A stretch of 45,129 nt of DNA from a virus (Duplodnaviria; Caudoviricetes), in IMG/VR virus record IMGVR_UViG_3300025594_000015, positions 1 to 45,129 of that record. The stretch is one strand, 5' to 3'. This document shows, in pieces, positions 37,840-45,129 of the stretch. Within the stretch, counting starts at the first letter, position 1, and each line of letters begins with the position of its first letter. A program made the position numbers and the translations under genes. The notes under the pieces are model-generated. The model saw only the letters and a list, made by a program, of their open reading frames with translations, searched no databases and was not told the DNA's origin.

Positions 37840-39681
37840 TTATAAGTTTACTACTTTTCCTTTAATATCTGTGTTTGGGTACTTTAATTCAAAAATACTT
37901 GGGTCTAGTGAAGGAAATATTGTTCCATTTTGATTTGCGCCATCCATATCATAAGCCCATTCTGAGTATCCGCTATTTGTTCCTGCAATGTTATTTATTA
38001 TTATAGATTTAACAGTTTGTACTCCTTCTAATGCATCTAACATTACAAATAAATCAGGAATAATTATGGGTTGATTAATCTGCCATTTATCAGTATTAAA
38101 ATATGTTTGAAGAGAGATTATACATCTTTCAAGTACCTCATTATTATTAAAATTAGGATAAGTTACAATTTGAAAAGTTACACCAAAATTAATAATAAAA
38201 GCATCTTTAATACTAATAGTATCCCCAATCATTCTATATTCATTAAGATATGTTCTAACATTTTGTTTTAAAGTATTAGAAGCAGTATCTAGATGATTAT
38301 TATTATCTTGTGTCAATACATAAAGGTCTAATGTTGTATTAGCTTCATCGGCATTGGGTTTTTGTGTCCATGCTTTTGATATTCTACCATATTTAGAGGG
38401 CATACTTAAAGCCCTTACTAAATAGTCATTAGCCGTTACATTTCTTAATTGTGTTGAGAAATTAGATATACTATTTTGCCTTATTTCTTCTATTGTATCC
38501 CCATCTTGACCTCCGGAAGCTGCTGTAGGGTTATTGGTCGCTATTGAGCTAAATACATATTGTGATAAATTAGGGTCTAACCCACCTTTTATAAATTTTA
38601 TATTTGAAGTATTAATCTTTGTAAGGGTATTAGATAATATATTTGATTGAACTCCACCTCCGGTATAATATCTTATAGTTAAAGTAGTATTCGAAGGGGC
38701 AATACCATATGTGTTTGTAAATATAAAATTTGTAGGGCTATAAGCCGTTGTTAATTTATCTTGTTCAAAAGGTAAACCTAAACCAACATTCATTGAATTT
38801 GGAATAATTTCTTCTGTTGTGCTATTTGGATTACCAACACCAAATTGAAGTTGGAGTTTTGTATTACTTAAAAACCGAGTTGCAAATCTAGTTTCTACTG
38901 ATTTAGTTTGTAATAAATAAGGTGTATCAGTATCTAAGTATGTATTTGGATCATTTATATTTGTGTTTCTAACCCCATCAAATACTAATTCTTGTCCTAA
39001 ATAATCAACCTCATACCATTTATTCCCATCAGTATCTATTATATCAACTATGCCAGCTATATTAGGCTGGTCAATATCTATTGTAAGGAAATCTTGTGGG
39101 GCTCCTACTGAAAATGATGTTGTATTAATTTTACCTGAAAAGACATTTCTAGATTTTTTTAACAGGTAAAAGGAAGGATTACCTCCTGATAATTGAGCAA
39201 CTGAAACATTAGTTGGGTCTAGTGAATTAGATACTGTAAAATCTATAGGGTTATCCAATGTAAAAGTTACGGTTGTTGCTGATGTTGTTGTCATTGATGT
39301 ATTAGCACCTACGTATAAAGCGTAATTATAGTCAGGAACATACTCATTGTTAACTAATTTAGCAGGAACTTGTTGGTATATATCTACAATAGTATTAGCT
39401 AAACCAGTAACCTTAGGTTTATAACCGTACATATAAGCCATATCAAATATATTGCTTTGTTGTCTAGAATATTGTAAAAAGTTTTCTTGTATTTGATTAT
39501 CTAAATAGAAAGATAATACATCCCCTACATATGCCGCCTGTTCTATAAACATCATCCCTGGAGATGTGTTTGAAAAATCTGTATAAGTGGTTGGGAAGTA
39601 AGTTTGTGAATAGTTAATTAGCTGATTCTTTAACTCTGTAAATTCTTTGTTTACGTATTTTATGTCTTTTCTTACAGCCAT
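37840..39681 (-). CDS. baseplate wedge subunit (T4 gp6 / baseplate J-like)
   Basis: KEFTELKNQLINY...YVGDVLSFYLD...MYGYKP; ASGGQDGDTIEEIR...QLRNVTANDY. Confidence 0.85.
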   Translation of the reverse strand: MAVRKDIKYVNKEFTELKNQLINYSQTYFPTTYTDFSNTSPGMMFIEQAAYVGDVLSFYLDNQIQENFLQYSRQQSNIFDMAYMYGYKPKVTGLANTIVDIYQQVPAKLVNNEYVPDYNYALYVGANTSMTTTSATTVTFTLDNPIDFTVSNSLDPTNVSVAQLSGGNPSFYLLKKSRNVFSGKINTTSFSVGAPQDFLTIDIDQPNIAGIVDIIDTDGNKWYEVDYLGQELVFDGVRNTNINDPNTYLDTDTPYLLQTKSVETRFATRFLSNTKLQLQFGVGNPNSTTEEIIPNSMNVGLGLPFEQDKLTTAYSPTNFIFTNTYGIAPSNTTLTIRYYTGGGVQSNILSNTLTKINTSNIKFIKGGLDPNLSQYVFSSIATNNPTAASGGQDGDTIEEIRQNSISNFSTQLRNVTANDYLVRALSMPSKYGRISKAWTQKPNADEANTTLDLYVLTQDNNNHLDTASNTLKQNVRTYLNEYRMIGDTISIKDAFIINFGVTFQIVTYPNFNNNEVLERCIISLQTYFNTDKWQINQPIIIPDLFVMLDALEGVQTVKSIIINNIAGTNSGYSEWAYDMDGANQNGTIFPSLDPSIFELKYPNTDIKGKVVNL

Positions 39682-40088
39682 TAGTTAAAATTTAAATTTA
39701 AAGTATCTTCAATAGCAGTATTTATAACATTATAATATATTTGTACTGTTACTTCGTTATTGTCTTGGTTAGTTAAAACATTTAATTCTTGAACATTTAC
39801 TAAAGGGAATTCTCTTTTAACTTTAGTTTCTACATCTTCCCTTAAAAAATCTAAATTTCCTGAATCTATTTGAGTAAATATAAATCTTCTTAAACCACCA
39901 CCAAATGTTGGATTTCCAGGTCTTTCACCCGGGTTGGTTAAAAAGTAATTAATTAAATTATTTTTAATTGCTTCTGCTGTTTGGTAATTAGGAGTGAACA
40001 CACCACCTTCATTGAATGGGATGTTTACTCCAATACCAACTGAGGGTCTTAAATCATTAACAAATTGATTGGGTGCTCTAAATGCCAT
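39681..40088 (-). CDS. baseplate wedge protein gp25/GPW-like
   Basis: AIKNNLINYFLTNPGERPGNPTFGGGLRRFIF; TAATG coupling to the gp6-like gene. Confidence 0.9.
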   Translation of the reverse strand: MAFRAPNQFVNDLRPSVGIGVNIPFNEGGVFTPNYQTAEAIKNNLINYFLTNPGERPGNPTFGGGLRRFIFTQIDSGNLDFLREDVETKVKREFPLVNVQELNVLTNQDNNEVTVQIYYNVINTAIEDTLNLNFN

Positions 40089-40089
40089 A

Positions 40090-40485
40090 TTATACTTTTC
40101 CTTTCATTATGTTATTAATCATATCCATAGATACCTCACCTTGAGGTAATTGACCATTTGGAGATGTAGTATCCATACTACCCATTTGTAATGGTCTACT
40201 ATTAGTATTTGCACTTATAGTACCATTTGCCCCAGGTCTCATACCATCTAAAACACTCATCATGTTTTCTCTTAGTTTTAGTTTATCCGTTTCAGGAAGT
40301 GAAGTTTGCATTACTGGATTCAGGGGACTAGGTGTTCCTGGATCTGTTGATGGGTTTGCTGTTATTCTTTCGACAACGGTTTGTTTAGGAGCACGTACAG
40401 CTTCCATAAGGATGTCTTTCATCTCTTCTTGTATAGCCTCTTTCACTGCTTCTTTTACGATTGTTTTTAATTGATTTAGTTTCAT
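40090..40485 (-). CDS. hypothetical protein
   Basis: N-terminal LKTIVKEAVKEAIQEEMKDIL helix; late motif immediately upstream. Confidence 0.7.
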   Translation of the reverse strand: MKLNQLKTIVKEAVKEAIQEEMKDILMEAVRAPKQTVVERITANPSTDPGTPSPLNPVMQTSLPETDKLKLRENMMSVLDGMRPGANGTISANTNSRPLQMGSMDTTSPNGQLPQGEVSMDMINNIMKGKV

Positions 40486-40489
40486 ATGT

Positions 40490-40499
40490 TTATAAATAT
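40490..40499 (-). promoter_or_regulatory. late promoter motif ATATTTATAA
   Basis: Exact motif only 4 nt upstream of the ATG. Confidence 0.55.
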
Positions 40500-40503
40500 T
40501 GAA

Positions 40504-41970
40504 TTAATCTGCTTTTAAATTGTTTTGTATTATATAAAATGCTAGTTCGTCTAGTAATATTTGGTCTTCAGCACTAAATGAAGGTTCTCCTTGTAATATT
40601 GTAATTCCTCCTGAATTTTTAGCTATTGCTCTTCTTCTATATTGGTCACCTACCTTAAATTTATCTTCTTGTATTACAGATAATTCAAAACCATTTACAT
40701 TAGTTAATATTACATTTCCTTGTTCTTGTGAGTTAGCTTGTATTGCTAAAAGCTCAGCATTTATTTGTTCCATAGGTATATCACCACCACAATTTTCTAT
40801 TAGTTCATCAACACGTTTTAAGTATCTTAATATTATTATTAAGGATATAACTAAAAATATAAGGGATATAAGTAATGCCTTTTTTAAATCTTCGGATATA
40901 TCAACTAAATCTTTAAGTAACTCTTTAACATCTTCTAATTTTGCTATTAAAGAATAAGGTACACCTACACCAGGAGGTGTGGCAACTGGGAAGCCTATTG
41001 CGGAAATACTACTTTTTACACCCTTTAATTGAATTGATAAGTAAAGAAATAAAGCTGCTATTGCTGTGTTTGCTGCTATTACTATCCACATTTGGTTTAT
41101 TTGTTTAACTATAGAATTTCTTCGTTTTATAAGTTCTCTTAAAAGCTCATTATTAGGGCATACTGCCGTTTCTTGTTCTTCTTTTTCTAATTTGGTAATA
41201 CCAAACACAACCATTAAAGATATAGCTAAAGGAAATAATTTGTTTTGGGCTACCCCGGCAAATGATAATATTTGAGCTTTTATGGTAATTATAGCTATTT
41301 GGACTGCTCCTAAGCCTATAAGGGCAGCAGTTTCAGCTAGCTTATTCATTTCATCTTTTACTTGATCTGCCCGCCTTTCAGCTTCTTTATCTATATCAAT
41401 TAATTTTTTTATAGGTAGAATTTGTGGTACTTCTCCCTCAAGGGTTATTAAAGATTGTTTATCTGGGGCGTATTGGTCTTTTTTATAAAGAACTGTTGGT
41501 TCTAATATAGATAATTCAGGTAAAGCTTCAATTGATACTGTTCCAAACCTAATCTCATATTCCCCATTTTCATCAGTTTTTATTTCTTTATCACCATTTT
41601 TATCATATACATATTCTTTATATTCTTCCTCTATTTTTATTTGTTTAGGTTTACCAGTTATTCTATTTATTTTACCACTGGGGTCGTCAATTTTAATTTT
41701 TCTAGTTTTAGTTACTAATTTCATTGGAAATAAAACAAGTAAAGGTTTTACTTCAACTCCTTGAATAGGTTCACTTGTTTGTTCACTATATAATCTTCCT
41801 TTAGTAGAAAAAGTAGTAATAACCGGTTTGTATTTTTCAAGTTGTTCTTTAGTTGCTTTGAAATCATCAACATTGTCTTTTACACCTTCAGCTTTTGCTA
41901 TTATTTCCTGACCTTTAGGGGTATTTAAAAATACTTTACCTAAATCTAATAATGTTTTTTCATCTATCAT
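40504..41970 (-). CDS. hypothetical protein with several hydrophobic/transmembrane helices
   Basis: LFPLAISLMVVFGI, MWIVIAANTAIAALFLYLSI and ALLISLIFLVISLIIIL segments. Confidence 0.7.
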   Translation of the reverse strand: MIDEKTLLDLGKVFLNTPKGQEIIAKAEGVKDNVDDFKATKEQLEKYKPVITTFSTKGRLYSEQTSEPIQGVEVKPLLVLFPMKLVTKTRKIKIDDPSGKINRITGKPKQIKIEEEYKEYVYDKNGDKEIKTDENGEYEIRFGTVSIEALPELSILEPTVLYKKDQYAPDKQSLITLEGEVPQILPIKKLIDIDKEAERRADQVKDEMNKLAETAALIGLGAVQIAIITIKAQILSFAGVAQNKLFPLAISLMVVFGITKLEKEEQETAVCPNNELLRELIKRRNSIVKQINQMWIVIAANTAIAALFLYLSIQLKGVKSSISAIGFPVATPPGVGVPYSLIAKLEDVKELLKDLVDISEDLKKALLISLIFLVISLIIILRYLKRVDELIENCGGDIPMEQINAELLAIQANSQEQGNVILTNVNGFELSVIQEDKFKVGDQYRRRAIAKNSGGITILQGEPSFSAEDQILLDELAFYIIQNNLKAD

Positions 41971-41971
41971 A

Positions 41972-43300
41972 TTAGGTAGTTTTTACTTTTTTTGATTTAT
42001 AATCACCTGCTTGTGCCCTGTTAGATATATTATCTAATACACCCCCAGATTGACTAAGAATATTGGCTAAAGATGAAGCAATAGGAAGAGAACCTTCTTT
42101 ACCTAAAGCACTACATAAAGTTTTTAAATTATCTATTAATGCTGTAAAATCATTTATAAATGTATCACCTAAAATTACGGATTCAGATGCATTTTGTTTA
42201 CCTAGAGATACTACACCTTTATCAGATATAATATTTACATTTTTAGTTTGAGATTGTATTCCTAAATCTTCAATTGATGTTAATACAATAGACTTTTGTG
42301 AAGAAAGTAATATACTATCCGTATGAGTATTAAATAATAATCTACCTGAATTTAATATTACCTGAGGACCATTATAGGATTTAGGTGATTTAGGTACAGG
42401 AGAAATTATGTTAGAATAAGGTATAGTTGAACCTTCACCTTCACGTTTTAAAGCAACCGCTATATCAAATGGTATTTTTTGAGTAGAAGTTAAATATATA
42501 GACGTAGGGTCATTATTTATATCTTCTGTTATAGGTAAATAACCTTCTGATGAGCCATTTAAGGGTTGACCATTTTTAATAATAGTAATGGGGTCGCCAT
42601 TTTCAGTATTATTACCCGTAGACCAATTATTTGTAATAATGCCTCCAGCTTTAGAGGTATTACCTAATCTAATACTATTACCAAATCTACCTTCAAATAT
42701 ATTATCGCCCGCAAAGGGTAAAATGGGGTGGATATTTCCTTTTTCTTCAAAAGTACCACCACTATTACCATTTAAATCTATACTTTGTTTTTGTGTTGCA
42801 GGTCTATTTACATTTCCTGTTTCTATAGAGGTATAAGATTTATTTAAAGAGGGGGCAACATCACTATCATTATTTAAACCTATAGGTACAGCATTCATGT
42901 GTTGGCTATTCCATAATGAAGTAATACTTACATAAAAATTCTTTAATTGTGATCCTATATCAGGATTTACATTTGATGGTCCTTTTACAATAAGTACATA
43001 TTCATTAACTAAGGGGTAATTTTTTAAATTAGGGAATAAGGGGGTAGCTAATTGGGGAGTAATATCGTCTAAACTTGTAGAACCTGGGGTTTTAACTTCA
43101 GAAAAGTTAATTGTTCCTATTCCTGACCATTTACCAGTTTTTGTAAATAAATCAGAATTAGAATTAAGATTAACATCTGTAACCCTAGCAATTATAAATT
43201 TTCCTATTTGTGAAACCTCATCAGTAGCACCACTTATACTTGAGTTAGTATTAGGTGATGATTGAAATAATCTAGAGATTCCAGTTTTATTTACTGCCAT
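41972..43300 (-). CDS. baseplate hub/spike protein (gp5/VgrG-like)
   Basis: ARVTDV...PLFPNLKNYPLVNEYVLI (OB-fold-like); GDNIFEGRFGNSIRLG; QVILNSGRLLFN; ESVILGD; upstream of gp25. Confidence 0.65.
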   Translation of the reverse strand: MAVNKTGISRLFQSSPNTNSSISGATDEVSQIGKFIIARVTDVNLNSNSDLFTKTGKWSGIGTINFSEVKTPGSTSLDDITPQLATPLFPNLKNYPLVNEYVLIVKGPSNVNPDIGSQLKNFYVSITSLWNSQHMNAVPIGLNNDSDVAPSLNKSYTSIETGNVNRPATQKQSIDLNGNSGGTFEEKGNIHPILPFAGDNIFEGRFGNSIRLGNTSKAGGIITNNWSTGNNTENGDPITIIKNGQPLNGSSEGYLPITEDINNDPTSIYLTSTQKIPFDIAVALKREGEGSTIPYSNIISPVPKSPKSYNGPQVILNSGRLLFNTHTDSILLSSQKSIVLTSIEDLGIQSQTKNVNIISDKGVVSLGKQNASESVILGDTFINDFTALIDNLKTLCSALGKEGSLPIASSLANILSQSGGVLDNISNRAQAGDYKSKKVKTT

Positions 43301-43646
43301 CTTTTTTTTCTTCGTAATTCTTATTAAGAGTTTCTAACTCTTTCATTAATTGATCTTTTTCTGCATCTGTAATGCCAGTAGGATCATCACTAACTGAATT
43401 GTTTAAAACACGTTGTATAATTGTGGACATTTTTATTAACTGTTCGTCATTTCGAACACCAATTTCCATATATTCTTTTATAAGAGGAACAATCAAAGTA
43501 GCATCACCAATATCGTTAATTAATGGTTTTAATTCTGATATTAATCCCCCTATTTGTTGTTGTTTTGTTTTTTGGTTATCATATATCTCACTTAATATGT
43601 CTGAGAATTTTTTGTTACCAAATACTACACTATCTAATGCGCCCAT
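43287..43646 (-). CDS. hypothetical helical protein
   Basis: 119-aa ORF; first gene after a late motif. Confidence 0.7.
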   Translation of the reverse strand: MGALDSVVFGNKKFSDILSEIYDNQKTKQQQIGGLISELKPLINDIGDATLIVPLIKEYMEIGVRNDEQLIKMSTIIQRVLNNSVSDDPTGITDAEKDQLMKELETLNKNYEEKKDGSK

Positions 43647-43658
43647 GATGTTATTTTA

Positions 43659-43668
43659 TTATAAATAT
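43659..43668 (-). promoter_or_regulatory. late promoter motif ATATTTATAA
   Basis: Exact motif 12 nt upstream of the 43646 start. Confidence 0.65.
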
Positions 43669-43683
43669 GGATATAAGAAGGAA

Positions 43684-44397
43684 TTAGAATCTAGCGTAAC
43701 CGTTCTCTAAATAAAATATATATTGTTGTTTAAAGATAGTATGAAGTTTATCTGCAATCTTTGTTATTTTAGGAGTTTTTACATCTATAATTTCACGAAT
43801 GTATATATAAAGTGCTTTTTTATTAAAAACCTCTATAGTTTCTCGTTTACGAAATAATTCTAAAATTGCATCTGCTATTTGGGCATCATTCTTTTTAGGA
43901 AATAACTCAAATATGTTTGATGTAACATGATCAACAAATATATCAATGTATTTATCTAAATCAGTTTTAATAATTTCATCTCCCATTTTATATGTGTGGG
44001 TCGAATGTTCTCCAGTTAATACATCAACAGGTACTTTTTTGATTTTTTTACTATAATTTTTTGTATTATATAGAATTAACCAACGTTTTACAATGGTTCC
44101 AAAATAAGAATATGCTTTAGCCCCCCTTGTTGGGTCAAATAAATGAATTTTTGATAATAAAAAAACAATTATCTCATGTTGGAGATGTTCTAAATTTTCT
44201 ACTTCTGTATGGTAAAATTTAAATGTGTGGATAATGTTTTGAGTAAGTTTGAAGAAAGCATAATGAATTTCTTTATCGTAAATTTTACTTCTTACTTCAG
44301 AACATTCAGTATTATTATATAATACAATAGCATCTTCTGTATCTTGAGTGAAGTAGTTCTTACTCTTAGGTCTACGTTTTTTCTTTATTGGGGCCAT
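43684..44397 (-). CDS. phage RNA polymerase sigma factor (gp55-like, late transcription)
   Basis: KNYFT...KLTQNII...FDPTRGAKAYSYFGTIVKR, a sigma region-2-like signature. Confidence 0.7.
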   Translation of the reverse strand: MAPIKKKRRPKSKNYFTQDTEDAIVLYNNTECSEVRSKIYDKEIHYAFFKLTQNIIHTFKFYHTEVENLEHLQHEIIVFLLSKIHLFDPTRGAKAYSYFGTIVKRWLILYNTKNYSKKIKKVPVDVLTGEHSTHTYKMGDEIIKTDLDKYIDIFVDHVTSNIFELFPKKNDAQIADAILELFRKRETIEVFNKKALYIYIREIIDVKTPKITKIADKLHTIFKQQYIFYLENGYARF

Positions 44398-44402
44398 AAA
44401 TG

Positions 44403-44678
44403 TTATTGGACTTTAAATCTTGATAAATTGGTTTGTATTACCTTTATTTGATCAAAAATCCAACCTATTTCATCATCAGCTTTGAATATACCTTTAGAAT
44501 CTACGTCTTGTAAACGTTTATCTGATATTTCTAATTGTTTTGAAAATTCTGCTATATAACTATTCTGATTGATAATTATTTCTAGCATTTTCTCATTTTT
44601 CTTTAATAGGTTGATGGTCGTATATCCTAAGACAACGACCAAAACCCCTAAAACAATAATTACTATATTTAATATCAT
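44403..44678 (-). CDS. small membrane-anchored coiled-coil protein
   Basis: N-terminal TM segment ILNIVIIVLGVLVVVLGY followed by a coiled coil. Confidence 0.7.
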   Translation of the reverse strand: MILNIVIIVLGVLVVVLGYTTINLLKKNEKMLEIIINQNSYIAEFSKQLEISDKRLQDVDSKGIFKADDEIGWIFDQIKVIQTNLSRFKVQ

Positions 44679-45127
44679 AAGTTATCTAACATGTTTTTTA
44701 ATCCTACACTAGATACTTTATTAAGTGCCTTTTGTTTAGAATTACCTTTTTGATTTGACGTCAATGTATAATTTTTCTTTGGCGTAGCCACGCTATTCTT
44801 AGAGAATTTTGGTAACCACTCAATCTCAAATTCAATACGTGCCGCCATCATGTCAGCCTGATGTAAAATAAATGGAAGTGATGTGCGAGGTTTTTGTTCT
44901 GGCATAAATGCTTTTAAATATTTCTCATTTGCTGAGTCATATAAACCATCATGGGTCTGGATAGCAATCATTTCATTAAAAGTATATTTAATATCATGTT
45001 GCTGAAGTAGAAATAATCCACGATCTGGAACGGATGAAAATGGTAATGCTTTATTAAACATATAATCTTCACCTAATTTATCACGTCTCCAATTATCTGT
45101 CTGGGGTACATATGCTTCTTCAGTATC
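44675..45127 (-). CDS. HD-domain phosphohydrolase (N-terminus outside the window)
   Basis: The frame is open to the window edge (DTEEAYVPQTDNWRRDKLGEDYMFN...); AIQTHDG and LHQADMMA motifs. Confidence 0.75.
   Translation of the reverse strand, partial: DTEEAYVPQTDNWRRDKLGEDYMFNKALPFSSVPDRGLFLLQQHDIKYTFNEMIAIQTHDGLYDSANEKYLKAFMPEQKPRTSLPFILHQADMMAARIEFEIEWLPKFSKNSVATPKKNYTLTSNQKGNSKQKALNKVSSVGLKNMLDNL
44763..44792 (-). promoter_or_regulatory. internal TGG-N19-TACATT promoter upstream of the sigma-factor unit
   Basis: Minus strand CGTGG ctacgccaaagaaaaatta TACATT, with the same 19-nt spacing as the four other sites. Confidence 0.5.
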
Positions 45128-45129
45128 AG

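Noticed and set aside
4030-43710. Plus-strand ORFs (e.g. 4030-4314, 11771-12022, 24179-24517, 43372-43710)
   Set aside because: All are antisense to well-supported minus-strand genes and lack motifs.
1-45129. Stop-codon reassignment, introns, tRNA genes
   Set aside because: Standard-code ORFs tile the window with small gaps and intact domains; no cloverleaf or interrupted gene was seen.

Overview
AT-rich, gene-dense phage DNA in which every credible gene lies on the minus strand. It appears to be part of a large tailed phage with a contractile, T4-like baseplate. Read in the direction of transcription (right to left), it encodes: an HD-domain protein (partial), a phage sigma factor, a baseplate block (gp5-like hub, gp25, gp6, gp7-like giant protein, DNRLRE-like protein, tail-collar-like proteins), a fibre cluster (one beta-shaft fibre and three collagen-like fibres, two of them ending in S74 chaperones) with candidate tip adhesins, a beta-propeller/TPR pair, a GIY-YIG protein, a flavin-dependent halogenase-like protein, DNA primase, a PD-(D/E)XK nuclease and small promoter-linked genes including a YqiA-like esterase (partial). 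Two promoter classes can be read from the sequence. TGG-N19-TAyATT (5 copies) precedes non-structural genes and resembles the Bacteroidota -33/-7 promoter, so a Bacteroidota host is inferred. ATATTTATAA (9 copies) precedes structural-region genes. The most notable unexplained elements are a candidate three-way-junction RNA leader before a collagen fibre, the modular nearly proline-free collagen fibre system with a possible glycan-related cassette, and a CpG-rich patch inside primase. All calls are from motif recognition by eye; no database searches were run.
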